A DNA stretch of 64,000 bases. Origin: Phoronis australis. Taxonomy: Eukaryota; Animalia; Phoronida. This document shows positions 37,830-49,741 of this stretch, piece after piece. The notes beneath the pieces are model-generated. The model saw nothing but the letters and a program-made list of their open reading frames with translations, searched no databases and was not told the origin of the DNA. Location of the stretch: assembly GCA_002633005.1 (NCBI GenBank), contig NMRA01000156.1, positions 293,143-357,142 on the forward strand. Reading direction: 5' to 3'. Positions within the stretch are counted from its first letter, which is position 1. Every line of letters starts with the position of its first letter. The translations under genes and the position numbers were made by a program.

Positions 37830-38085
37830 TGATGATAATGATGACAGCGACGACGGTGATGGTGATGATGATGACGATGTTGACTGTGATGATGATGAAG
37901 ACAAAGACGATGGTGACTATCATAATGATAAGGTGATGGTGATGGTAAGAATGATCAACATCACCATGACTGACGCATGATAAGGATGGTCGTGCCAGTG
38001 TTTACAATGATGATGGTGATGACGATGAAGATGCCAGTGAAGTTGATGATAAATTTTGAGAACGGGGATGTCGACGACGATGACA
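37830..38085. repeat. Degenerate (GAT)n microsatellite
   Basis: GAT/GAC/GGT triplet-rich stretch. Confidence 0.85.
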
Positions 38086-38519
38086 ATTTCTATACACTTC
38101 GTTTTATAAATCAAGAATTTCCCACACTTAAAGATGCATAGCCTCATTAAACTGTGAATATGCAAATGAAGTATTCATTTACAAACAACCTCGGTTCCTC
38201 CAATCTCGCGAAAGTCTAATTTACGAGACTATTTTTATATAAATGAGTATGGTAGCAGTTCGTCGTTACCCCAGAGACTGTTAACGTCTTTGGTTACCCT
38301 AATGAAACAAGGCACAGTTTTTATTATTCGTCTATTTCACTATCAACAAACAATTGCGTAATATTTGGAATTACTAGAGGTTTTTATATGTTCACACTTG
38401 TTTCTTGTGCATCAGTTATGTTTTCTTTAAATTGTTTCTTTTCGTGATTAAACTTGTACATACAGTTCTTCAGTGAGTCACCAGACAGCGCTTGCTACAA
38501 ATTTAAATATTTCAGGTTT

Positions 38520-38736
38520 TAATAAGACATAAACCGGACGATCGCCGCACAAATAAAATGGATGTTACCTGAGTAGTATGTTGGCACTTGTTGTCCTAAA
38601 TTGTTGTAAATATGATCCTGATGATGTCTAATGAAAAGACGAAACGTTGAATTGAACATGAACTTTTTATTTGTGCGGCGATCGTCCGGTTTTTGATCTT
38701 ATTGTGACCAAAAACTGATTTAATTAATAAGACATA
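38520..38736 (+). mobile_element. Short Penelope-like pLTR insertion with inverted end and hammerhead core
   Basis: Perfect 28-bp inverted repeat (38531-38558 / 38665-38692); CTGATGA-T-GTCT(aatgaaa)AGAC-GAAACGTT at 38618-38648; 12-bp direct repeat TAATAAGACATA at 38520 and 38725. Confidence 0.7.
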
Positions 38737-39284
38737 GCATCGTTAAACAACATGATTTACAGTACTAAAGTTTCTTAATGCGCTGCCGCTCGCGACATTT
38801 CACTGGGCGTCTCTGTAAGTGATTTCTTGAACTGATTGGCTCAACACTGCGATAAAATTTGTAACCAGAACAGTATTTAGCATTTTCTTCTATCCCATTT
38901 CAACAAGAAGAAACGGAAATTCTGGTCACAAACCCCCGGAAAACAGTAACATAGACTAAGCAGCTTGGTTGATAATCCCTGTCAACGGGAAATGCCTGAA
39001 CACAAATGCGCCAAACAGCTTGCAAAATCAATCGATGTATCAGGCGACACGCACCTATAAAACAGACTCATGCTGTTCTTTAGATGTTATATTCAACTAT
39101 CTCGACGAACAGGTTGGTGTCTAATAAATAAACGAATGTGCCACATTGGATAATGCAGCTGGGTGCGATACGCTGTTTAAAAATGTTGAAGCCGACAATT
39201 CGCAAAGATTTCTGTTGAACTATGAGCTGAATTCTATGTTTTGCAGATTTCGTGTTTCCCATCGTGTTGAAAGAATTGTGTTCG

Positions 39285-40347
39285 ATGTTTAGAATGGCGA
39301 CCCGTTCCAGTGCCAAAGTATCTCCCATGCGCACAGAGTATGACAAACACCCAACGTTGACAACGAAGAACATTCCGCCGCCAGCTAATTACAGCGAACC
39401 AAGCGACAAGCAGCTCACTATACCATCGGTGAAGGCAAATTCTACATGCAACACCGCGGCCAACGGTGTTTCGTCGAATCACCGAAACTGTTGGTCGGTA
39501 GACAGCAGCGATCAAGAATGGGCTGCAAAGGACGTCATAACGCATGCAGGAGGCCATCATCAAAAATACGAAAGCTGTAAGAGTCTAAGCGAAAGAAAAT
39601 GCGAAATCGACACTGAGTCCTCTGTAACGAACCTCTCCGTCAGTACAAACTACACGCCGCACACAGATCAAAAACGCGCAGTAGATCCCAGCAAGACTGG
39701 GGAATCTGTGGAAATCGCGTATGCAGCGCTAAATAATTACCATAATAATGATCAAACAGCGACATACGATGGACTAAATGAGCTTTCAGGAGGTGCAATA
39801 GTGCGAAATGACGTCGAGGGTAGAACTACCTTTCCGGCGACGCGTTTGGAAGAAATGTCTACTTCTCGGGAGCAGAAATTTATCGCTATGCAGTGGAGCA
39901 GCGAAAGCAGACGACTGTCAGAAGTTTCAGGGCAGTCGAGAGTAATTGCTCATTATTTGCCCTCTACAGGATCTGAGCATGAAAACGGCGGAAGATCACC
40001 AATGGTAGACCAAAGTCAACACAAACACCATCTTAGACCAGGAGAAGAGAACGACCTTATTGATCTAGTAGGACACGGGAAGACTTCAAGATCAACTGCA
40101 AACAAAAAGATGTTAACACGACAGGCTAACAGTTATTGCCTGAAAGTGGAAAACACGAAAAAAGACTATACTAGGCCTGTTACAGAACAGCTTTCACAGG
40201 ATTACAAAAGCTCAGGCAGTGAGACCGAACTGGGTCTTAGAAGGAACACGATTTTTTCGGTTGCGTCATCCAGTAATGATGGTGGTCACAGTTATCGTGT
40301 GTTCTCGTCACATCGAAGGCGCAGCATTCACCCCGAAGAAAGCCACG
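39285..40347 (+). CDS. TMEM272: TMEM272-like gene, coding exon 1 (long polar N-terminus)
   Basis: 390-codon ORF; acceptor TTTTGCAG at 39246; ATGs at 39285 and 39294; donor CACG|GTAAGC, phase 1. Confidence 0.75.
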
Positions 40348-40926
40348 GTAAGCAGTATACTGCCATAAGATACACTTTTGACCTGATTTTCAACTTCAAC
40401 CCTCGACAACGTCTTTTGACTTAGATATGAAAATGATCTCAAATTGATCCGTCAAATTAGAGGGAATTTTGTAGCACCCCCTAATGGTCATTTGTGTGGT
40501 TATCCTGTGGTCTAATTGTCTGCTCGACATCTGAAAAGCTTTGGTCGTATTTTCATGAAATTTGGCACCGTAAGAAGTCAAAAGGGCGGTACGTGTCACT
40601 TTTCAATCTGCCCGTGCCCTGGACCAGGAGCAGGGGTTTTCACTAGTAATTTTGTGGAAGAGCGGTACCGGAACACATCTGGAGAACTGATTGACAGATT
40701 TCATTAACACAGGGATATGTGATGACAATGCGCCGGCACATGCCAATTCTTGGGTGAAGTCGACCACCGCAACACCCCATAAAAGGGACGTTTTAGTATT
40801 TTAGAGAGGAAAAACGTGCCTGGGTGATATCTAGAGAAGCAATTGACGGTTTTTCATTAACTCAAGAATACCGGAAATTTTGAAAAGTAGGTCAGTGGAA
40901 AAATTAAATATGTCATTTGATTTCAG

Positions 40927-41007
40927 GAAAATCACGTGTAAAAATATTGTCTATCATATTCTGGATTGTGTACCTGGTCCTCATTCCTGGAGCTCAGATA
41001 ATTGTCG
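40927..41007 (+). CDS. TMEM272: TMEM272-like gene, coding exon 2 (TM1)
   Basis: TTTCAG| acceptor, G|GTAAGT donor, 81 nt, phase 1-1; encodes KSRVKILSIIFWIVYLVLIPGAQIIV. Confidence 0.8.
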
Positions 41008-42079
41008 GTAAGTTTCCGAAGAGCGACCAAGAGCTTCTTGTGAATCATCAGGAACACTTCGGGTATTTTCGGCTCTCCAACTTTCATCTCGGAGGTGAAC
41101 GTTTTCTTTGCTGCGCACGTGCCAACTTCAGCAATTCTCCAGTTTGCAAGTCACGTGACTCGTTGTTTGCACGTGGGCAGGGGAAATTTGAGGCTACCAG
41201 ATTACTCGAGGCGTTTCGGATGCTAATGAATATGTCTTATTGGTTTGTCGACAGACAGACATACATACAATAAATGACATTTCACAAAAACACCACAGTT
41301 CTTTGCATGTAAAATGTTTGTTTTCCTCTATTTCACCTGCAGTGAAAAATTCGAAGCCGCATGTGCAATGCGTGAATCAGCAAACCGGAAATCATATTCG
41401 TGTAAAGTAACCTTAAGTTGCATTGAATGAGAGGTGGATTCGAGGTAGTTATCGCCATAGTTCGATCTCAAATACAAACAAATTACAACGATTCATTAAC
41501 TTTGTCGTGTAACTTATTAACGAATATTACCCACGAAAACATCCTTTTTTATGTCATTTAATTGAAAATGGGTCTTAATCCGTCGCCAATCCTTAAATGT
41601 TTGAAGGAACTTTGAAAACTCTTTCAAAGTCTGCAGAATGGGTCAAAGCTGTCACACAAAACATCGGCGTTATCATTTATTGTGAGTAATATGAAGCTTG
41701 GACTGCCGATGGGAAGAACGGACACAAAACTGAGAACGGCGGGCAAGTTATGGAAAGAAAAAACCCTCGGATGGGAAGGACGCGCGTTAATTAAAGTCAA
41801 TGTCGTGTCGCTTATCAAACGTCTCTAAGTCCTGCTTACCTGTGTGGTTGAACCCTCATTCGACAAAATTGGTGTGGAATGTAGGTGATACTTAGTGCAA
41901 GAAATTTCCAGTGGTTGTGCTAATTAAACGGACAAATGGACTACAGCTTTCACAACCCTGTTATTCCCATTTTCTCCAGTCCTTCACATTTTCGTGTCCA
42001 TCCTTGCTATCGACAGTCCAAGCTTCACACTAGACAATCACACCGGATGCTTTGTTGTTATGTCCTTTTCTGTCAATAG

Positions 42080-42310
42080 TTGGGAAGCATGGATTAGCGT
42101 CTTGCGAAGAGAAAGAAATGATTCCGAAGTACCTCCTGGTTGGTGGCATTTTCGGACTGATAGAGGGATTTGTGATTGGAATACGATTGTTCGGAATGAA
42201 ACAGCTCAATAAAGGACGTTTCGAAAAGATGGATTTAAGTCTTCCTCAGAAGATTGTAGAGTACACATGGATACTTGGTTTGATCTTCCTCTTGTTCTGG
42301 ACGATTGCAG
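42080..42310 (+). CDS. TMEM272: TMEM272-like gene, coding exon 3
   Basis: Acceptor TCAATAG|, donor CAG|GTATGG, 231 nt, phase 1-1; G..LASC....IPKYLLVGG...FLLFWTIAG matches the family pattern C....IP.YL.V.G ... W.I.G. Confidence 0.85.
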
Positions 42311-44939
42311 GTATGGCTGTGAAAAAGGTATTGGTTGACCTTTTCAGATAAAGAAGAGAGCATAGCAAACAGTGGAAGTCTTTCCATACAAGTCAGAATG
42401 AAACCAACCAATGAAAGCAAGAATGTACATCTACATTCCTAGCCAAAAAGTGGCCTCACTGAATGATATGCCAAAAAGCTAAGACCACAAAAACGTTTCC
42501 AGACAACATTAACGTTGAGCAATTCAAAAAAGGAACCCGCTTCGACGGGTCAAAGTGGCCAATTTCAAAGCAACCTGAAATAAGAATGAACAGGTTTATC
42601 AAGTCAAAACTAACACATTTGAACTCCATTCCGACCACACTATAACCACGGAAAACAAGAAGTGTTCACTTGCCTTGTTTCAGAATTCGGCGTTTTGGAC
42701 GCGTCACAATATTAAATTAAAACAATCGACCCTCCGTATGTGTGTGAAACAGAATATCTCAAGGTACCAGTCACGTGAGTCACGTGACCGAAGCAGCTCT
42801 CTGTATTGCTTTCATGTCAATATTCTCAAAAATCCATTAAGTGACATTCTCGAGATGATTTTTTTTCGTAGCCACGATTCGAACAATATTCAGGAATGAT
42901 GTTTCCAACAAACCAGGAGAATTTTCAATGAAATGAGAGATTTCAATCTCTTTGACCCGCTGAATTTAAGACAGTGAGATTTGTAACAGCTTAACTGAAT
43001 TTAGAATTTAGTGGACAATTTGGGAATTCATTGAAAACAGGAAAATTTGGGAAAAATTCAATAAGAAAGTTTTAGAGAAAACTGTGTTTCTAACAGAGAG
43101 AAACATTGTTAGCTTATTTCTCGAAAACAAATTGCTCCGAATGTTGAAATAAAAAAAATTCACAGCAAATACACTGGTAGACAGACTGTTTCGGTGTCTC
43201 GAATTTTGGAGCGGAAAAAAATTAATGGTTCATTCAAAGGCAGGTAGAGTTAAATTTCAGACATATGACAACACTGCATTGACTTCGTAAGTTCGGGTAA
43301 CGATTTTCCCATCATTTACTGATGCTCTAGAAAAAAGCGAAATACGGTGACAACGCAAACTCGGAATCAGACGTGCATTCAGTAATAGTAATATCTTATG
43401 AGCTTGGCGAGATTATGCTTATACAACACAAAATCTCGCGTTTTGAGATTAAGCTCACGGCGTTGCACGCGCGCACTAGGAAAATGAAGGCAATTACAAG
43501 CTTAAGGCTACGTATGGGTACTTATAGTTATCGAACTATATACCTGTATGAGATCGTCTAAATTAATCGACAGGTGCATTTCGCTACAAAAACAGTAGAA
43601 TTTAACTCTGTGAAAATGTATATTTTCTGAAGATACACAGCCTGCAGAACTTGGCTTTACATTCATCTGTTAGTAATTAGGTCAAGCAAAGATTTTATAA
43701 AGAATGAATAACAAAACAACGGCTGCAGTAACAAGTCTAAATTTCGTTTGATGCAAATGTTCACCATGAAACGTAAAAACGCTGTTACGATTTTCTAAAT
43801 TTTCATTTCCAGTTTTTCCCATAGTCCCTCGTACAAAATTGAACATTTTAAAACAATCTCGTTTTGAAGAACAGTGCATAAAACATAGTGTACGGGAGTT
43901 TCAAATGAATCCGATTATTCATTTCTGACGAATGATGTTCCGAAGTTTGCTAAATTAGAACATTTTTTCTAGGGTTCCTTCTTTTACATAAGCCATGATT
44001 TCTCATGAGTCTCTGGACATTAGCACTGAAGCTTGACCCTGGTGCAGGTTGAGAGTTATGTTTTCACTGTTGATGGTCTCCTTGATTTTACTTGACTGAC
44101 CGTTATTATTGTGTACACGTCAATACCTAATGCCCAGTTTCGTTTGCAGTAGCACACATATACTCCCTAGACTGACTTGAGCATCGACCGTAAACCCATA
44201 TCAACTCATACTCAACCCCGCTTCACTCCTACCATAAAATTCCACACACAGGACTCATGGGATTTGAGGCCCTATGGGCGAAACTAACCATTTCCTGTAG
44301 ATCGCGTGAAATACAACATTCCAAATGTAATTCCACGAGTTTATGTATAATTGAGGACTATTAACTATAAGTTAATTTAACATAAAATTGATTCCAGGTG
44401 ATCAGTGTAATGGGCCCACCTGGGCGGCCTGCGTGCGTCTGTTACAACGTGTACCAGACCGGCTGCAATTAATTTTTAAACCCTTTTAGATGTAAGCCCA
44501 AATCTTTATTTGCATCTTCTGTTAAACTTGGCCACAGTGATAAGAATTGTCATTTAAGGTACACGAAATCACGCAAATTAGCAAAACCATTCCACGAAAA
44601 TAATGAATAGATAAGACAACAAAACAGCACACATGAAGTTTGAAATGGTTAACAGGCTTTTATGCGCGAAATAATGTGTTTCCTGGAAAATGTAAAACAT
44701 GCAAAAGTTTCGTGGCCTACGAAGGAAAGGATGCGTGATATCACGGAAGGACATATCATTACCTTGGCACGTCATATAATACAGCTATAGTGCTGTAACA
44801 CACAATGGGTACATAGCCATACATAAGGCTATGCTCGCCACCAAGAACAACCTGCCTGAACGACAATCTTGTATAATTCACCATATCACCACCAGCACTG
44901 AAAACTCCGTTATATTGGAGACACTAGGTGCTGTGCATA

Positions 44940-45093
44940 CCAGGTGTGCGTTCAGTAGACACTAGGACCTACGCTAGGACCTAGCTAAAACCTAGTCAAA
45001 GTCACGTGTTCTCATTTAAAATACACGGCAATATCTCACGTAATCTCGCGAAATCTTGCTTTTTAGCGAGGTCCTAGCGTTACTGAACGGGAG
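44940..45093. mobile_element. ~150-bp MITE, copy 2 (intronic)
   Basis: Near-identical to 26473-26625. Confidence 0.8.
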
Positions 45094-45532
45094 GCAGGCC
45101 TAAAGAACACGAGGTTCTTGACAAACCCACTAGCGTCATCTGGAGATTGTTTTTCAGTACCTAGATAGTCAGATCTTTAACTAAGTTTTACGGGGTACGT
45201 TCTGAGCTATGAATTGTGTATTCGCCGAATTTTGATAGTTCCTGTCTTTTTCATGGACTTTTGTCTCATATTGTACTTTTTCAGTTTTTGTTTCTCTGAG
45301 GCGGACCTTTTTGCCCACTTTGCCTCCCCCCGGGTGAGCGCATGCATTGTCCTATCGCCACTGAGAAGTCAGTTATTCAATACTTGCGCTAATGGCCTTC
45401 ATACCATGATGCACCGGGCTGTCACTTCAGCCAGCACTTCTGCAAAAACTGATTCCATGTTGACGATATCATCGATTTTAAAATTCTACCGCTTTTTTAC
45501 TATAATTTTCTTAAGATCTTGTGTTTTTGTAG

Positions 45533-45747
45533 GTGCATATTGGACTTTTGCTTTGATGAGACGTGGCTACATCGACAACGGTGTTTGGGTAGCACAGAAA
45601 CATGGCACTGAGTCCTGTGGAGTAACTGTTTACACGTTTACCGTCTGGTGCACAGTGGTGAATCTGTCTGCTCTCGTTCTTTTCGTCACGCTACTCCTCT
45701 TGGTTGCGGTGTGCGAAGGTATTCCGCGACATTGTGTGACGCGCTGA
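45533..45747 (+). CDS. TMEM272: TMEM272-like gene, last coding exon
   Basis: Acceptor TTTTGTAG|, phase 1; GAYWTF...SCGVTVYTFTVW plus a final TM helix (family pattern G..W.Y ... C...LY.F.FW); TGA at 45745-45747. Confidence 0.85.
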
Positions 45748-47428
45748 AAATACCACTACAGCAGTGTCAACATGCGCTGCGTTCCATGGATGAAAGGGAT
45801 TACACAAAACACATGATCACAGATATCTTCGCGAGATATCGCCATACATCACACGAGTTTTTCTCACGAGTGTCGTGGGTCTCCGCACAGCAGTCTGGCG
45901 GACATGAACGCTGAAAAAGACTCAGTCTAAGCAAATAACCAGCGTAGCTAAGTTGGAACTGACCTACGCACCAACAAAAGGAACTACGTATTAGATTAAC
46001 TTGTCGGTCGACTCGAATCCGCGCGCTTGAAAACTTGCGGTGCGTGGTAAGTGTCTCTTGGATGGTAGTACGTGTTCCCCTCGCGTGTTCAGGTTTTCAA
46101 TATTTTCAGTATTGCGTGGCCAGTGGTAAGGGTTCGATTACCACCCCTGCCAGGTTTTATATGTCGGGGAATGGTGACTGCCTTTTATAGGACCGCAACC
46201 GGTACCCGAAATTACCCGAAACCGCTTCTTTCGTTGTGCAACCGACGGCTCCGTACGTGTCACCTTGCTTCCACAGTGCTGCGCGTGGGCGCTTATTTTT
46301 TGAAGATGTGTTTTGACCCGGCGCTTATTTAAAATCCGGCGGTTTGGCCAGTCATGCACACCCGGCACTCACCGGTGATTCTTGTTGCGAACTACATGGT
46401 ATGTTTGCTAAGTTTTTACAAATAAATATCAGTGTTTTCGACAGTGTTCGTTTCACTTGCCAGCCATATCCAGACGATTGAGGGACTGTCAGTGACTTCT
46501 GCACGTTATATACATTTTAAAAACAACCTCTGCCATTCATATTTTTTTACGCTTACATCGCTTCTATTTATCCCACGCGCGTTGAATCTGTCGAGGGAAA
46601 TACGGCCATGAAATAAAGTTTTCCGTATTCACTTCCCGCATTACTCTAACAGCGACCTCTGACATGCCTTGGAAAGTTCAAAAGGTAGGTCAATGTCGAC
46701 TCGACGTCTTCAGCCGGTTCGATCATCAAACTTTCCGAATATAGTTTAAAGTAACACAATTGCAACAGTGTAACTAACACTCGACATGCAACCAGGCCCT
46801 AAACGTAAAATCTGGAACAAAACTGTTAATTATAAGACACCTATGTCTCAGTTTTGAATTGCTGAATAGTATATCGTCTGCAACTGACTCAGGCGACGAT
46901 TCCTAGGAAATTAAAAATTAATATCAAATATTGTTGTTTTTTACCCATTTCCAGGAGATGTTACAAGATCACTGCTCAGTTGCCGTTGTTTTCATCTTTG
47001 CTACCTCTTTTCAAGAAATAAATCGTTACTTTTAAAACTGTTTTTTTTCAAGAGAAAACTTGCAACCTAACGCGCAAGTACATAAATATAGGATGTGATC
47101 CGCCATGTGAACAGTTTGGATGAAGTATTCGAAAAATCTGCCGAAAAATGCAAGAAACTTAGGGATTCGAAGCGCATGGGATAAATACAAAACGTACCTC
47201 GATTGGCGTACATGTTCATGAAGTAATATCGAGGTCGATACGCGGAATAATGTCTCGTGGGATATTACTTCATGAACATGTACGCCACTCTCGGTACGTT
47301 TTGTGTATGTATTAATTTCCACGCGTTATGTTGACTTACATTTAGTAAACAGTAAGTTCTTGAATTACCGAGCCCGGGTTATTTGAGACCAGGCGCTTAT
47401 TTGGCAAGGACGATTTCCGTTACCCGGC

Positions 47429-48015
47429 TGATACGCCGTAAAATGTAACAATTTCGTAAAATGTAACAACTGTTACATTGTACGTCATTGTTACATTTTA
47501 CATTGCTAAGCCTCTCCTAAAATGTAACAGGTTGTTACATTTTACGTAGTTGTTACATTTTACGTCGGATGCACATGCAAGAAATGTACCATTGTTACAT
47601 TTCACGAAACCAACGTCATATTTCAAGGAAATGACCAAAATCACAAACAAGTGGTATCTGACACGGCCGGGGGTACTCGAGTATTTTTGGACGAGTGGTG
47701 CCGCCCGAAAAAAGATAGATACCTACCCGTTTAGAGAGTGGACTCAGACAAAAAATGACGCATGAAGAAACTAGTGTAAAAAACATTTTCGCCCAGTTCT
47801 GTTCTAGAAAATCAGAAAATGCACCTTTTTAAATACTATTTGTCGAAAATGACTCCATTTTGGAGATTTTTTTGTTATGAAAAAACACCCTGGGGGCTGA
47901 CACTGCATAAATTTGGCTACCCATTATCATTTATATTAGTATTAAATTACTATTACTACCATTACTGCTATTACTACTATTACCACTTTCACTACTATCA
48001 CCCTTTATCGTTATC

Positions 48016-48066
<51 letters not shown>

Positions 48067-49741
48067 GTAATAATAATTTTTAAATTTATTTATTGAGGAC
48101 ACAGTGCAATATACACAATACATGTTTAACAAAGTGCTAATACATCATGTTCCTCAAAGATTTTAAAATCATCTTATTTATGGTTCAATGTACTGTTTTC
48201 ACCGGGCTTCCCATAGTGAACAGCGAGTTCTGTTTCAAAGGATTTTAAAGGGATTCCTATGTTCAGCCTTAAAGGCCTACCATTGTGCCAAAATGACTAT
48301 TTTTATATCTAAAATACATGCATTGGTGAAAAACATCAACATACGGCATCATATCATACCCCAGTCGTTAATTAAGTAGGCCTTTTACAATACAGTAGCC
48401 CCACCACGAACCCAATTTAGCGCCAAAAAACTTGAGATGGCGCTTGCACCAATCGAAGTCTTTGGCAACAACGAATTTGGATTTCACCGTGTCTCCATCA
48501 TATCGGAATCAGCGATGACAGGCCTTTTGATTTAGAGCAAAACACTTTCAAAATCAAAGAAACACATTGATTCTTCATTTCATGTCAATTATATTCAAAT
48601 TCATTGAAAATTTTATATTAGAAATGATTCGCCTTGAAACCCTGCAACCCATAGTGTCCGCCATTTTGAGTATCTTTAATATATCAAAACTATAAAATAA
48701 AGTCTCGATTGCATGAAAACATACCGAATATCACCATTTTAGACCGGTTTGATATCATAGGAACAATGATATTTCATGCAGCTTTTAAGCTGTTTAAATC
48801 ACGTTAGTATGTCTCCACTATTTTGAACTATTGGCTCGCTCTTCTGAGAGACGATCTTTCGCTGTTGCATTGCCAAAATATGTCAACGTGCCGCAAATAA
48901 ATGCGTGCTTTTATTTCCTTCCACCACAATGTCTTAAGAAAGTGTCATTCGTAACTAAGGTGGTAGACAGAACCCGTCGGCATCAGAAACTTGGGTCTTG
49001 CTCATTTTGTGTGAAGCAGGGCAATTACTGCATTAGTGATGGCTCGAAGGCAATAAAACACTGGCTGAAATAAACCGAACTGCCGTGGACAAAACGGGGG
49101 TTTTTCTATCAAATTAGCTACCGAAATTTAATTCTCCGTGAAAATTTTTGTTATTGTCGTTTGTTCCCCAAGAAATATAATAAATACTAGCCAAATATGA
49201 TGTCATTGTTTCCGTTGTGCTTACCAAGGGAAATGTGTTTATTGTAATGCCGGATACATATATGGTTTATGACCTGTGAACGGCAATAAAAGATTGCAGG
49301 AACAGTGAACTATAAAAAATTGTTACCTGATCCTGTAAACTCCCTTTGTCTGGAATTGAAACTGTGCAGGGTACATTTTTGACTATACCAAGAAACTACT
49401 CGTGTCAATAAACAATGGGAAGCACATACGGACACATCAATAAATTCGAGCTGGCACATTTGATAGAATTTCATTCAAACACTCCGAAAAAGAAAGCGTT
49501 AAGTGCGGTGTTGACCGTTTTCCTCCTTGTGACAAATACCATGAAAACTCATGAAATATGACTTCGCTTTCGTAAAATGTAACAATGGTACATTTCTCGC
49601 ATGTTCATTCCACGTAAATTGTAACAATTACATAAAATGTAACAACTTGTTAAGAGAGGCCCAGCAACGTAAAATGTAACAATGGCGCAAAACGTAACAG
49701 TTGTTACATTTTACGAAATTGTTACATTTTACGGCGTATCA
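47429..49741. mobile_element. 2.3-kb non-autonomous foldback-type DNA element with ~200-bp modular TIRs
   Basis: Starts TGATACGCCGTAAAATGTAACAATTTCG and ends CGAAATTGTTACATTTTACGGCGTATCA; TIRs are built of AAATGTAACAA modules; flanked by CCCGGC on both sides (47423-47428, 49742-49747). Confidence 0.85.
47941..48077. repeat. (TAC/TAT)n and (TAA)n microsatellites
   Basis: Read directly from the sequence. Confidence 0.93.

Noticed and set aside
41980-42212. Alternative acceptor TTTCTCCAG at 41979 for the TMEM272-like exon
   Set aside because: Gives the wrong frame, stopping at 42212; the 42079 acceptor preserves the family motifs.
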